A DNA stretch of 57,627 bases, from positions 1-57,627 of the IMG/VR virus record IMGVR_UViG_3300031702_000006. One strand, written 5' to 3'. Under the pieces are notes generated by a model. That model had not been told where the DNA came from, searched no databases, and worked only from the letters and a program-made list of their open reading frames with translations. The translations under genes and the position numbers were made by a program. The first letter of the stretch is position 1, and every line of letters starts with the position of its first letter. Source of the stretch: a virus. Lineage: Duplodnaviria; Caudoviricetes. Shown piece after piece: positions 18,052 through 28,236 of the stretch.

Positions 18052-21000
18052 CTACCTTACTCTTTGCGTCACTATTGGTGTAGCTGTTTTAGGTACTTTT
18101 TTCATTAATACATCAAATTGAGCTATCCATTTTCTAGATTCATTTGATCCCGGTGTGTTTAAATCAACAATAGTATTGTCAAAAGACACTGAAGAGTTAC
18201 CAGAACCCCAAATAGAGTTAATTCCCTCGCCTTGACTAGAATAAATATAAGAACCAGCTCCCTCTCCTACGTAAAGAGTCTCTAACGAAGCTTCATTGTA
18301 AAATTGAGTGACATATTTAAACGACCATTCTCTAGCATAAACAGGTTTGTTAGGTTCAGGTTCAGGATTTGTAACGCTAACCTTAGCACTAACTCTATAT
18401 GCAAAACTACCTTTTCCATTTGCTTGTGGGAAAGGAGGATAATAAAAATCACCGAAAGACAACCTAACACTCATTGCTTGAGCTCCAGATGTCCCATTAG
18501 GGGGATTACGAAAAGCCCAAACGTCTGTATTTGGATTTTCGTAAGGTTTTTTTATGCTTGACAGCCAAGGACCTTGTGTCCTTGTATTTTGAGCGTAAGA
18601 TCCTCTAGGATATCCAACTACTAGCCTGTAGTCTCCAAAACTAGATGAGTTACCATAAGATTGATCTTCACCAAATACAAATGTTGTAGTGTTTATTGCA
18701 GAATTAATTCCACCACTTACTATTGGGTGATCAGGGTTTTGGCTATTAGTTCTTTGATTAAGTACAGGGGTTTTACATTCAACAATATCTTCATTAGATA
18801 AAACTCCATAACGATCAAAATCATCAGCCGTTACAGCTCCATCTCTAATACCATTACTAGGAAACTTTTCATTCCAAGCCACAGATCCACCAAATTTTAT
18901 TTCAGCATTTTCTACATCTAAAGCAGTTTTCCAATCGTCAACGCTCGCTCCTTCTTCTCTATACTGAAGATAACAAGGCCATCCTAAACTTATTAATCCT
19001 ATTGCTCTTTGCTGATTTGGATTAGTTCGAGTTGTCATACTACCTATGTATTCTGCTCTAGTGTCTACTGCGGTATTTCTTCTGCTTTCGCTTAACTCAC
19101 CAAACACGCCACTAGAAAATCTAGCAGGATGCAGACAAGATAACTGAATAAAAGCAGTTCCAGCTGTTAAGCCAGTTGAAGCAGGATTACTAGGAAGATT
19201 AAATACTGAAGATGATGAATTTAAGTTAGCTGCAGTCCAAGAATAAAAATTACCTGATACCTCACTCGATGGATCCGTTTGTGTTCTTGATATTTGGTTA
19301 AAATAATCATTACTTATAGATTCAGGTTGCAAGGCTGAATTAGGATATCTATTAATGCTATTTTCAGATCCTCCATTGTTTTGTACAGCTTGTGGTAATA
19401 AGTTTGCACCTGAATTTATAGCATTACTACTATTAGACCAGTACATACCAACACTTCCCATGCCTGTTAAAATCAATTTATCTGACGCTTTACCAAACCC
19501 TACGTTTATTGGTATTTCTCCAAAAATAGCGTTGTACACTACCGTATCAAAAAGTGATGTATTTCCTCCTGAAGCGTCTTTTACAGTTACAGTTGCAGTT
19601 ATTCTTCCAATAGCTGATCCGGAGTTTTGCGTTATCACTCCTCCTTGACTTATTTGAAGTACATCACTAGGGTTTATAGAATAAACTAAATTACTAGTAT
19701 CTTGCGATGCATCAACACATCCATTTACAGCTGTTATAGTATCAACAGCGGTATCTCCAATAGTCACTACTTTAGTAATAACTCCGTCTGGGTCTTGCGC
19801 ATTTTGGATTACTGGAGATTCATTTATTAGTAATTGGTTTCTCACTACAACTTGATTTATTAAACCAGTGTCTTGATTCTTAACTTGAAACGTAAAAATA
19901 TATTCATTTTCTGATTGAGTACTGCTAAATAATTGAATTTTTTTAACTATCAAATTAAATGATTTAGGCTGTATTTGACCAGATGGAATGCACTCCCATT
20001 CTGGAGTCGATCCTTCAACTAAATTTACTGTTGAAGAACCTCTAGTAACGCTAACTAACGTTACTTCTGAATTAGGAATAGCTACGCCTCCAACGATACC
20101 TTCAACTGACGGAGAAAATGGTAGTTTAGTGCATAAGCCGTTAATAGTAGTTCCTTCGCTTTGAATGAAATCAAAATCAACTAATCCGCTTACTTGAGCG
20201 GCGCCTTCAATGGTTTTATTTAAATCTGATATAAGTCCAGTTGTAGAAGTTTCCCAAAATATATCTAATAAAGAGGTTACTGGTGCGGTTTCATAAACAC
20301 CTAAAATTATATTTTGAACTGTTTCTTCGCCTGCCGGAACTAAAGAACCTATTGCAGTTCCAGAGACGCTTAGCCTAGCCAATGATGGGTTTGTTATGGT
20401 TTGATAAATAGTTCCATAACTTTTAGCTCCTTGACCGTTAAGAGTGTTATTAAATAAGTCGTTTTGTAAAGAAATAGTAGATACAACACTATCGTAAGGT
20501 ATATCATCTATAGTAGGATAATAAGGTTTATTGAAAACAGGATTTATATTTGCTTCAGGAGTTACTCTACCGTATAGAACAGTACTACTTCTGTATTGCG
20601 TTTGATCAGGTCCAACTTCAGTTAAATCTCTAGGTATTTTATTTATATTATCAGACAATAACGTTATAAAAGAAGTATTAGCGCCACCAGTTGCTGGTAT
20701 TAATGTGTCTGGATAACCTCCAATTATTCCAGGTAAATAAACATTGTAATACTCTTGTTCTGTTTGCTTGACAACTATTTTGTAAGAATACCATCCTAAA
20801 GGATTATATTTATCGCTTGAAACGTCTCCATTGTAAAGCCCAGGCCATCCAAAAACAGCAAGTTCAGGTGGTATTTCTTTGTTTAATTTTACTTTTAAAG
20901 AGTCACCAGGCCAAGAGTTTATATCGTTAACTCCAACAGGAATTAAAGTAGCTGGATCAGGAGAGTAGTTGTGGTAGTAGGTTGATCCGCCAAATTCAAT

Positions 21001-22578
21001 TTGTTCGTTGTTTATAACAGCTGTACTAACTTTATTAGTAACCTCAGAAAGTATAGTGGTAGATTGCCTTCCGAATCTATCTGATAAAACAAAACCAACT
21101 TGATATGTTCTGTTTTGTTTTAACGTATGATTTGGATACTCCGTAATGCTAGTACTCCATGTAGACGGATTTACAGTAGATCCAGTTTCAGGTCCATTAA
21201 AATTACTTTTATTTGAAACAGCTACATCGTAATCCATTGTGGATGGAGGGGTGTGTTTATCTTGAAAATTACTATAAACAACTCTATTACTTATTATTTC
21301 TTGACCTAAAGCTTTGACTGGAACCTTGTCGTAAACTCTTATTATTTCAGATTCAGGCAAAGTCTTGTACGGTTTTCTAGATTGATAATCGTATTTAACA
21401 GTAGTAGCTTGACTAGCTAAACCGTCTATTGGGGCAAATCCATTTACTCCATTAAAAGGTATAGATTCTAAAACTTTAACAGCCAAAGCATCAGATTCTT
21501 TAAATAAAATATCTATTTCTTGCACGTGAAACAAAGTATTTAATTCTTTTGCTGTACAGATAGTGCCATTTTCTTTAAAGGGTAAAGGTATATTTATTCC
21601 TACATTATTCACTTTATTTTCCATAAACTGAACAATAGTACTTTGATATGCATTATTCTCGTCTATAGAATTTGCAGACAATCCAGTACCTGGATCAGAC
21701 TGAATAAAATAACCATCTTGTTTTGGTATAAAAGCTTCTTGAGTAAAAGGCGCTAATATAGAATATTCACCATCTATAAATTTAAATCTATAACTAAAAG
21801 ACACAAATTTATCTTCTAAGTAATCAGGATCTCCAGGCCAACTAGGGTCGTAGTACATGTTTCTAGTTGTTGTGTTTGGAAGAAATTTAGAAGTAACATC
21901 TTGAGAACTACTTACGAATTTGTTTACGTTAGGATTAACTACTGGAACAGCGGGTGTTGAGTATGGAGTTTCTGCTGCTATGTCTTGATAATATAATTCT
22001 ATTGTTCTAAATGGATTTATTTTAGCAATAGATATTTGATCTTCATTACTGTAAAAAGCACCCCCTATACCTAATTTTATATTTATCTTTCTAGGTTGAT
22101 TTCTGTTGTCTGTAAAAAAGAGTAAATTCTCTAAAAGATTTATACCGTATATTCTGTTTCTTGTAGAAAAATTTAAAAAAGCTCCTTGCGCTAATAAATT
22201 AACATCTTCAGATAATGTATTATACTCAAATATAAAGTTTTTAGAATCTTTAGAGTATTCAACTTCTTTGTTACTTGTTAAAAAAACAAATATACTACTA
22301 TTGTTTTGGTCAGCTAGCATGCCTACGGTGTTTAGCGTTCCAGTTGAAAGTCCAGCCAAAACACTAAAATCAACAGGGACTCCTTGACTACCTCCACCTT
22401 GATTTCTAGTTAGAGCAATCTCGTTGCCTAGTACATTTTCTAAAGCACCAACATCTGATCCTTCTGATTTACTAACTTGTATATTAATTCCTTCACGATA
22501 TTCACCTGGAGGGATAAGTCTATCGTCCAGATCTTGATTCATTTTAGATTTAATAAAAGCATTTTTAACTTCAGCCAT
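18052..22578 (-). CDS. tail stabilisation / nozzle protein, N-terminal-type subunit with long extension
   Basis: KMNQDLDDRLIPPGEYR, LFFTDNRNQPRKIN, FSYRFKF, LKQNRTYQVGFVLSDRFGR motifs. Confidence 0.75.
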   Translation of the reverse strand: MAEVKNAFIKSKMNQDLDDRLIPPGEYREGINIQVSKSEGSDVGALENVLGNEIALTRNQGGGSQGVPVDFSVLAGLSTGTLNTVGMLADQNNSSIFVFLTSNKEVEYSKDSKNFIFEYNTLSEDVNLLAQGAFLNFSTRNRIYGINLLENLLFFTDNRNQPRKINIKLGIGGAFYSNEDQISIAKINPFRTIELYYQDIAAETPYSTPAVPVVNPNVNKFVSSSQDVTSKFLPNTTTRNMYYDPSWPGDPDYLEDKFVSFSYRFKFIDGEYSILAPFTQEAFIPKQDGYFIQSDPGTGLSANSIDENNAYQSTIVQFMENKVNNVGINIPLPFKENGTICTAKELNTLFHVQEIDILFKESDALAVKVLESIPFNGVNGFAPIDGLASQATTVKYDYQSRKPYKTLPESEIIRVYDKVPVKALGQEIISNRVVYSNFQDKHTPPSTMDYDVAVSNKSNFNGPETGSTVNPSTWSTSITEYPNHTLKQNRTYQVGFVLSDRFGRQSTTILSEVTNKVSTAVINNEQIEFGGSTYYHNYSPDPATLIPVGVNDINSWPGDSLKVKLNKEIPPELAVFGWPGLYNGDVSSDKYNPLGWYSYKIVVKQTEQEYYNVYLPGIIGGYPDTLIPATGGANTSFITLLSDNINKIPRDLTEVGPDQTQYRSSTVLYGRVTPEANINPVFNKPYYPTIDDIPYDSVVSTISLQNDLFNNTLNGQGAKSYGTIYQTITNPSLARLSVSGTAIGSLVPAGEETVQNIILGVYETAPVTSLLDIFWETSTTGLISDLNKTIEGAAQVSGLVDFDFIQSEGTTINGLCTKLPFSPSVEGIVGGVAIPNSEVTLVSVTRGSSTVNLVEGSTPEWECIPSGQIQPKSFNLIVKKIQLFSSTQSENEYIFTFQVKNQDTGLINQVVVRNQLLINESPVIQNAQDPDGVITKVVTIGDTAVDTITAVNGCVDASQDTSNLVYSINPSDVLQISQGGVITQNSGSAIGRITATVTVKDASGGNTSLFDTVVYNAIFGEIPINVGFGKASDKLILTGMGSVGMYWSNSSNAINSGANLLPQAVQNNGGSENSINRYPNSALQPESISNDYFNQISRTQTDPSSEVSGNFYSWTAANLNSSSSVFNLPSNPASTGLTAGTAFIQLSCLHPARFSSGVFGELSESRRNTAVDTRAEYIGSMTTRTNPNQQRAIGLISLGWPCYLQYREEGASVDDWKTALDVENAEIKFGGSVAWNEKFPSNGIRDGAVTADDFDRYGVLSNEDIVECKTPVLNQRTNSQNPDHPIVSGGINSAINTTTFVFGEDQSYGNSSSFGDYRLVVGYPRGSYAQNTRTQGPWLSSIKKPYENPNTDVWAFRNPPNGTSGAQAMSVRLSFGDFYYPPFPQANGKGSFAYRVSAKVSVTNPEPEPNKPVYAREWSFKYVTQFYNEASLETLYVGEGAGSYIYSSQGEGINSIWGSGNSSVSFDNTIVDLNTPGSNESRKWIAQFDVLMKKVPKTATPIVTQRVR

Positions 22579-22583
22579 TTAAT

Positions 22584-23807
22584 TTAGTATTTAATCCATT
22601 TAGATTTACCTCTAGCAATTTGAACAAATTCGTTTAATTTAATATTAGATAATCTAATTTTTGCATTTCTTAATTTAGCGCTTTTTTCTCTTCTAAGTCT
22701 TTGAACTATATACTCAGGTTGATTTATTTTGCTAGCTATAATAGCATGACTAATGTATGCATACATGGCTTCTTCTGCCATCTTAGGGACCTTCATGTCT
22801 TGATCGTAACCTAGTCCATCTGAAATATATTCTAACACTATTAATTTGCCAGCTAAGTCACTTGAAAAAGATATTTTACCTTCTCTTTCATTTATAGTAA
22901 ACCATCCGTTTATTTGTGCTGTTTCAGGTTGAAGACCATATCTTTGTCCAAAGTAATTATCTCCATACATGCCTGTAAATCCTAATCCTTCAGATAAAAG
23001 CAAACCTGTTAAGTTATCTCTAGCATTGTCTACAAGAGTTGAATTGTCTTTAGCCCATCTTTCTTCAGTTAAAGAAGTTCCAGTTGCATTATCTCCTTCA
23101 TTGTCTTGAATCGGCACACCATCATTATCTTGAATTGGTATCTCGTAGGGATTAGTAGTCAATGAAGTTGGATATATAATATGTTTAACGCCTTGTTCGT
23201 CTATTCTAGACATTTGAACATAATTTACATAGTCTTGAGGAATAGGCACGCTTAAATTTAAAGGTATGTTTAATTCTTGTGAATGAACACTTTTTAAAGT
23301 GTCGTAACTAAATTCCTGCAAAGAGCGCTTAGCGTGGAATATAACATCAGTTCTACTTACACTTGATATCAGTTTACCAGCACCAACGTAAGCAACTAAA
23401 AAATTATTTATTACATCTTTTATTTTTATATAAGAATATTCTCCGTAATTTTCTTGCACAACTTGTCCAAAAGCGTTTCTTGCACCAAACTCTCCACCTG
23501 TTTCTGTTTTTAATTGTAACGCAACGAAAGTACCAACAGCTAATGCAACAGGAAGAGTTATAACGTTACCAATAACAGTGTAAGATGTTACGTATTCTGA
23601 GAACGTGCTTGGACCGCCTGTGGTGCTAGTGTATAATTTAAAATTATTTGAATTATATAAAGGCGCAGTTGGATCAAAACTTCCAAAAGTTAAATTTGTA
23701 TCAAAAGTAGAAGCGTATGTAGTTCCACCGTCAGCAATGAACATTTGAGCTCCAGAGTAATACTGAGCATTAGTTTCGGTTATTAAACCGTTATTAGGTG
23801 TTGCCAT
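22584..23807 (-). CDS. tail ring / adaptor structural protein
   Basis: PQDYVNYV and LEYISDG motifs; position in tail module. Confidence 0.65.
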   Translation of the reverse strand: MATPNNGLITETNAQYYSGAQMFIADGGTTYASTFDTNLTFGSFDPTAPLYNSNNFKLYTSTTGGPSTFSEYVTSYTVIGNVITLPVALAVGTFVALQLKTETGGEFGARNAFGQVVQENYGEYSYIKIKDVINNFLVAYVGAGKLISSVSRTDVIFHAKRSLQEFSYDTLKSVHSQELNIPLNLSVPIPQDYVNYVQMSRIDEQGVKHIIYPTSLTTNPYEIPIQDNDGVPIQDNEGDNATGTSLTEERWAKDNSTLVDNARDNLTGLLLSEGLGFTGMYGDNYFGQRYGLQPETAQINGWFTINEREGKISFSSDLAGKLIVLEYISDGLGYDQDMKVPKMAEEAMYAYISHAIIASKINQPEYIVQRLRREKSAKLRNAKIRLSNIKLNEFVQIARGKSKWIKY

Positions 23808-23813
23808 ATTATA

Positions 23814-24569
23814 TTAGCTTTTTTTATTTGTTTCTTCTGCTTGAACTAAAGCAGCAGCAGTTTGCACTATTTGAGGGTCTCTTATTATGATACCAGAATA
23901 TAATAATATTTTTAAAATAATTTCTGTTTGCTCTGATTCATGTAATTCAAATTGAACAGATCCAGTTTGTTGATTAATAGGATCATAAGGTAAAGAATTA
24001 TATAGATATTGACCTAAAGTACCTACACCAAAACCCCATATAACATTGCTAGGCTTTCTTACATAATCTACTTCTATATCAGATTGTATACTGATTGGTT
24101 TTAAGAAAAGTTTTTCATTTTCATAAAGATAAACCGGAAAAGTTGTTGTTGGTTTTGTTATATTAGAATAATCTGCTTGATAAAAAGATCTTCTATCTAA
24201 TCTTTCTACCGTTTGTTCGTTTTTGTATATTACAGATCCAAGTCTATAGAAACTAACTGCAGAACCATAACCATCGTTAGTTGGCAGAACAAAATAAGAT
24301 AATGTATTTGTTATTTGAGTAAAAATAGCACTTCCAAAGGTTTTAAATATAGCTATTTTTTCGTCTATATTTTTTTGTCTATCTGCGTAGTCTGTATCTG
24401 TTTGTGGGACACGTAATTGCTGATTTAGATCATCAAAATATTTTTCAAATATTTCCAACTGTACTTGTGTTGCTACTTTATTAAATTCAGTAGGAGTCAT
24501 ATAACCCCGCTGTTCTTTATTAAGTATCATTAATACAGTTTGATATACTGTGTTTACGTTTATAGCCAT
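23814..24569 (-). CDS. tail ring / gatekeeper structural protein
   Basis: NKEQRGYMTPTEFN and DYVRKP motifs; synteny. Confidence 0.65.
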   Translation of the reverse strand: MAINVNTVYQTVLMILNKEQRGYMTPTEFNKVATQVQLEIFEKYFDDLNQQLRVPQTDTDYADRQKNIDEKIAIFKTFGSAIFTQITNTLSYFVLPTNDGYGSAVSFYRLGSVIYKNEQTVERLDRRSFYQADYSNITKPTTTFPVYLYENEKLFLKPISIQSDIEVDYVRKPSNVIWGFGVGTLGQYLYNSLPYDPINQQTGSVQFELHESEQTEIILKILLYSGIIIRDPQIVQTAAALVQAEETNKKS

Positions 24570-24591
24570 TGTTTATTTTTATTATAATAAA

Positions 24592-24608
24592 GGAGGCATT
24601 ACACCTCC
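24592..24608 (-). terminator. hairpin (terminator or 5' leader stem)
   Basis: GGAGG-7nt-CCTCC followed by TTTATT on the minus strand. Confidence 0.5.
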
Positions 24609-24613
24609 CTTAT

Positions 24614-24642
24614 TAATATTACATGTTATGCGAATTTTTTCT
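24614..24642 (-). promoter_or_regulatory. putative late promoter (degenerate)
   Basis: AGAAA-N15-GTAATATTA. Confidence 0.35.
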
Positions 24643-25390
24643 CTATAGATTTAAAGATTTCTACTCCTTCATCTGTTTTGAAAAATGATGCCATAGCTGA
24701 ATATGGGTTTTCATCAAAAGGCACTGTCATTAACTTTCTACCATTAGATGCCCATTTAAATGTTCTTTGATCGTCAGCTAAACTCAATATACCAGCTTCA
24801 GTAGCTTTTATAGCAAAGTTTCTTAATTGAACATTATCATCATTAGCAAGTTCTATGAACATAGATGGAGTTCTTTGAGCAAATAGTAAGATGTCTCTTT
24901 TGATCTCCTTAGAGCTCATGCTAGACACTTTAGATCCCATTTCAACTCTTAATATAGCTTCAGCTTGATCAATATCCATGTTTCTAGCGGCATTTAAAGC
25001 ATCTATAGATAATTCTAAATCACCTAATTCGTCTTCAGCAACTTCTACCGGATCATGTTCTTTATATTTCACGTTAACCAAAGGATGATACAGAGATAAA
25101 ATCTTCTGTAATGCTTGATTTTCTTTTTTAACCTCCATGCTTCCATCTCTAAAAATAATATGACCTAACGTAGCTTCGCCAGCTTGTTCGTCTTTAAATG
25201 GAGAGTTTTGGTTTGTTGCGTAACGCAGTTCTCTTTGTTCGTTTTTTTCCTTATCAAACCACAGCAGAGCATGTCTTGAAGTGTGTCTTGAAGGTATTTT
25301 GTAAGTTAAAGGACTATCGTTGTGTCCTGTTAAATAATAATTTCTGTCTTTTATCTCCCATGAGGAAGATTGTGTAGCTTTTTTAGCCAT
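24626..25390 (-). CDS. conserved protein downstream of major capsid gene
   Basis: ORF track; synteny. Confidence 0.7.
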   Translation of the reverse strand: MAKKATQSSSWEIKDRNYYLTGHNDSPLTYKIPSRHTSRHALLWFDKEKNEQRELRYATNQNSPFKDEQAGEATLGHIIFRDGSMEVKKENQALQKILSLYHPLVNVKYKEHDPVEVAEDELGDLELSIDALNAARNMDIDQAEAILRVEMGSKVSSMSSKEIKRDILLFAQRTPSMFIELANDDNVQLRNFAIKATEAGILSLADDQRTFKWASNGRKLMTVPFDENPYSAMASFFKTDEGVEIFKSIEKKFA

Positions 25391-25422
25391 GATATAATAT
25401 AATTAAAAATTAAAGAATAAGA

Positions 25423-25462
25423 GTAGAAGTTACCCCCGTTGATTGAACGAGGGTAAATCTAC
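25423..25462 (-). terminator. hairpin after major capsid gene
   Basis: GTAGA..TTACCC.CGTT / AACG.GGGTAA.TCTAC inverted repeat. Confidence 0.7.
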
Positions 25463-25470
25463 AATAGTTA

Positions 25471-26955
25471 TTAAATTCCTTGGAATAAAACAAAGTTATT
25501 AGCAGCTTGCACTACTAAACATCTTTCAGACAAGAAGTTAACTTGCATTGCATCTAGTTGAGATGTGAATGCGCCTCCAGCTGAACCAGTTAACCAAGAC
25601 TTCATACGTCTGTCTTCAGTTTCTGAAGCTCTGTATCGTACGTGTAAAAATGGTCTACGGATATTTGTTCCTAAAATTTGATCGTAAACTGTTGAAGTTC
25701 CAGCAGGAACAAGAACACCTTCGATTGAATTGATACCTACTTGAGCACCACGAGTTGAAGCGTCATTTAAGTATTTCCAGTCAGTTTTATAGAAGTCATA
25801 AGATCCTCTGCGGAAACCACTAAATCCAAGATTTAATGCCATTTCTTCAGAGTTTTCAAATAATCCATAAGCTGTACCACCTTGGAATCCAGAAGAAATA
25901 GCTCCTAACATGTTATCAAAGTCTAAAGACGTTTGACGCTGTAAGAACAACATGTTTTCTTCAATAGCTCCTTGAGTGTCTAAGTTTTTAAGGATTTCAT
26001 CGAAATCATCTAAACCACCAGCCCCTGAAAAAGCAACCTCAACATTACCTCTAGCTTGAATAGCAGCAAATAAACCTTGAGTTCCTTGGAAACCAGCAGT
26101 AGCTGCAGCTGCACCCGCGGTAGCAAGTTCACCTTCAATAACACTCATTTCTAAGTAATCTTCAAAACGCAAGCGAGTTTCAGATTCAGCTTTTAAATAC
26201 CATAAGTATCCAGACGTTCCGTCTTCAGCAGCAACTTCCACCCATCCAATCTGCGCCATGTCCGATCCGTTTACAACGTATTCGTTTCTGATGATAATTG
26301 GGTTATTAGAAAATTGAGTGAATGAAGGAGTAATGCTAATTTGTGGTTGAGCTGCATTTGCTAAAGCATTTGCACCTGCGTTGTTCGCTCCTACGGTATT
26401 AGAACCTTTTACAAATTCAGAACCATATACAAACATTTTAACCGTCGAAACAGCTGCAAAACCTAAAGGAGCAATAGTTAAATTGTTCGCTAAATAAGGA
26501 GCTAACTGTACTACTCCTGTAGCTGTATTACTTGAAGTAACAACACATTTTGCTTCGTTACCTACTTGATCCGTAACAACTACAGTTTGACCTGGAGAAA
26601 CAACATTCTGAATAGCTGTAGCACCGGCTCCACCGATAGGAATTACAACTTGACTAACGGCACCAACCAAAGCATGCGCTAATCCGCTATATGCTATGTG
26701 TAGTCTATTTTGTTCTGACCAAATTACTTGATCTGAAGTCATTGGAAGCTCTGCTCCAACCATACGTAGAAATCCTGAAAGAGTTCTGTTACCGTAACGC
26801 TCTACCTCTTGCTCGTAAACTTCAGGTAGGTACTGTTGAGCAAAACTAGAAAAGTTTGCACCAGCAGCATTGTTAAATTGTAAATAATTAGTTTGTAGCA
26901 ATTGTTGTGATTGCGACGGCACTAATGAGCCAAATTGTGGCTGTAATTGTCCCAT
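25471..26955 (-). CDS. major capsid protein
   Basis: QQYLPEVYE..VERYGNRT, WSEQNRLH and GFSGFRRGSYDF motifs; follows portal and scaffold; downstream hairpin. Confidence 0.88.
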   Translation of the reverse strand: MGQLQPQFGSLVPSQSQQLLQTNYLQFNNAAGANFSSFAQQYLPEVYEQEVERYGNRTLSGFLRMVGAELPMTSDQVIWSEQNRLHIAYSGLAHALVGAVSQVVIPIGGAGATAIQNVVSPGQTVVVTDQVGNEAKCVVTSSNTATGVVQLAPYLANNLTIAPLGFAAVSTVKMFVYGSEFVKGSNTVGANNAGANALANAAQPQISITPSFTQFSNNPIIIRNEYVVNGSDMAQIGWVEVAAEDGTSGYLWYLKAESETRLRFEDYLEMSVIEGELATAGAAAATAGFQGTQGLFAAIQARGNVEVAFSGAGGLDDFDEILKNLDTQGAIEENMLFLQRQTSLDFDNMLGAISSGFQGGTAYGLFENSEEMALNLGFSGFRRGSYDFYKTDWKYLNDASTRGAQVGINSIEGVLVPAGTSTVYDQILGTNIRRPFLHVRYRASETEDRRMKSWLTGSAGGAFTSQLDAMQVNFLSERCLVVQAANNFVLFQGI

Positions 26956-26963
26956 AATTTTTT

Positions 26964-28208
26964 TTAGTTAAATTTTCGTTTTTTTATTTTTAATCTTGAA
27001 GAGTCAACGCCTGAAATAGCTTTTATTTTAAATCCTTCAACAAATACATTACCATCTTGCGTGGCACGAGGTTCTGTAATTATGTTTTTAGATTTAGCAA
27101 TCTGACCTTTAATAGCATCGGTTTTACCTTGCTCATAAAAATGTTGTGCTAAAGTATCTGCATTTCGTGCAGCGTATAAAGCTTTGTGATAACCTTTTGC
27201 ATCTGATACTTCTCCTTTGTCGTTTAAGAACGTCTTAATGAAATTAGAAATATCCTTTTGTTTTTCACCTACTTTCACAGGGTCCTTTATGCCATATCTA
27301 AACTTTTGTTCACCAACTTTAAAATCAAAACCTTTGAAATTTTCATTGAGTAGACTGTCTGTTTGGCTAGAGAAATCTGCTTGGCTTACTTTATTGAGCT
27401 CTTGCTCTTCGTTGTATCGGTTGAAAAAATCAACGGCTTTTTGTTGCTCTTGACTAACTCCAGGTCTCAACTTGATATCTGCATAGTATTTGTCTTTAAG
27501 CGTGGTCAAATAGTCTTTGGCTTTTGCAACTTCTTCTTTATATGCGAGTTTCTTTTTACGGATATCTCGCGCTTCGTCTAAATCCTCATCAAAATCAAAA
27601 GAGTCTTCAATTACAAATGAAATCTCTTCGTCGTCTAAATGTGGTTTAGCTTTTTTATAATATTCTCTTAACAATGCAGTTCCATCTACATTGCTGTAAT
27701 CAGCGTTTAATCTAGCATAGTCATCTATAGTTCCGCCTGTTTCTTTCATAAAAGAAACTAACTTTTCTAGATTTTCTGGAACTTCTTGTGCTTGTGTTTG
27801 CGGTAATACTTCTTTTTGTTCCTGTGTGGTAACGGTATTTTCAGTGCCTCCAACCATTCTTGGTTCGTCACTATTATCTTCTTCATCTTCTATTAATTGT
27901 AAAGGAGATTCATTTTCTTTTACTTCTTCAGCTGGGATTTGAACTTTAATAACCTCGTTGGACTTCCATACTTGTTCTTCCACTTTAGGTATATCTCCGG
28001 TTTGTTTATCTTCAACCAGTTCTTTTGTTTCTCCGACTTGAATGGCATCTTCTTGTGTTTTTTTACTAAAATCAACTTTAGCGATACTTTGCTTTGATAA
28101 ACCAATGTCTTTATAACTTGGCTTAGATTTTTGAATCTTAAAGTTTCCTTCTTGTTTTACTTCTTTGCTCTCGTCGACTTTTGGAGCTTCTGTTACTTTT
28201 CCTTCCAT
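26964..28208 (-). CDS. capsid scaffolding protein
   Basis: acidic disordered N-half, helical C-half (HFYEQGKTDA); between portal and capsid genes. Confidence 0.75.
   Translation of the reverse strand: MEGKVTEAPKVDESKEVKQEGNFKIQKSKPSYKDIGLSKQSIAKVDFSKKTQEDAIQVGETKELVEDKQTGDIPKVEEQVWKSNEVIKVQIPAEEVKENESPLQLIEDEEDNSDEPRMVGGTENTVTTQEQKEVLPQTQAQEVPENLEKLVSFMKETGGTIDDYARLNADYSNVDGTALLREYYKKAKPHLDDEEISFVIEDSFDFDEDLDEARDIRKKKLAYKEEVAKAKDYLTTLKDKYYADIKLRPGVSQEQQKAVDFFNRYNEEQELNKVSQADFSSQTDSLLNENFKGFDFKVGEQKFRYGIKDPVKVGEKQKDISNFIKTFLNDKGEVSDAKGYHKALYAARNADTLAQHFYEQGKTDAIKGQIAKSKNIITEPRATQDGNVFVEGFKIKAISGVDSSRLKIKKRKFN
27920..28048 (-). CDS. overprinted small basic protein (MPFKSEKQ type) in the +1 frame of the scaffold gene
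   Basis: MPFKSEKQKNWLKINKPEIYLKWKNKYG resembles a recurrent small phage protein pattern. Confidence 0.55.
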   Translation of the reverse strand: MPFKSEKQKNWLKINKPEIYLKWKNKYGSPTRLLKFKSQLKK

Positions 28209-28236
28209 AATAAAATAATATAAAATTAATAATTCC

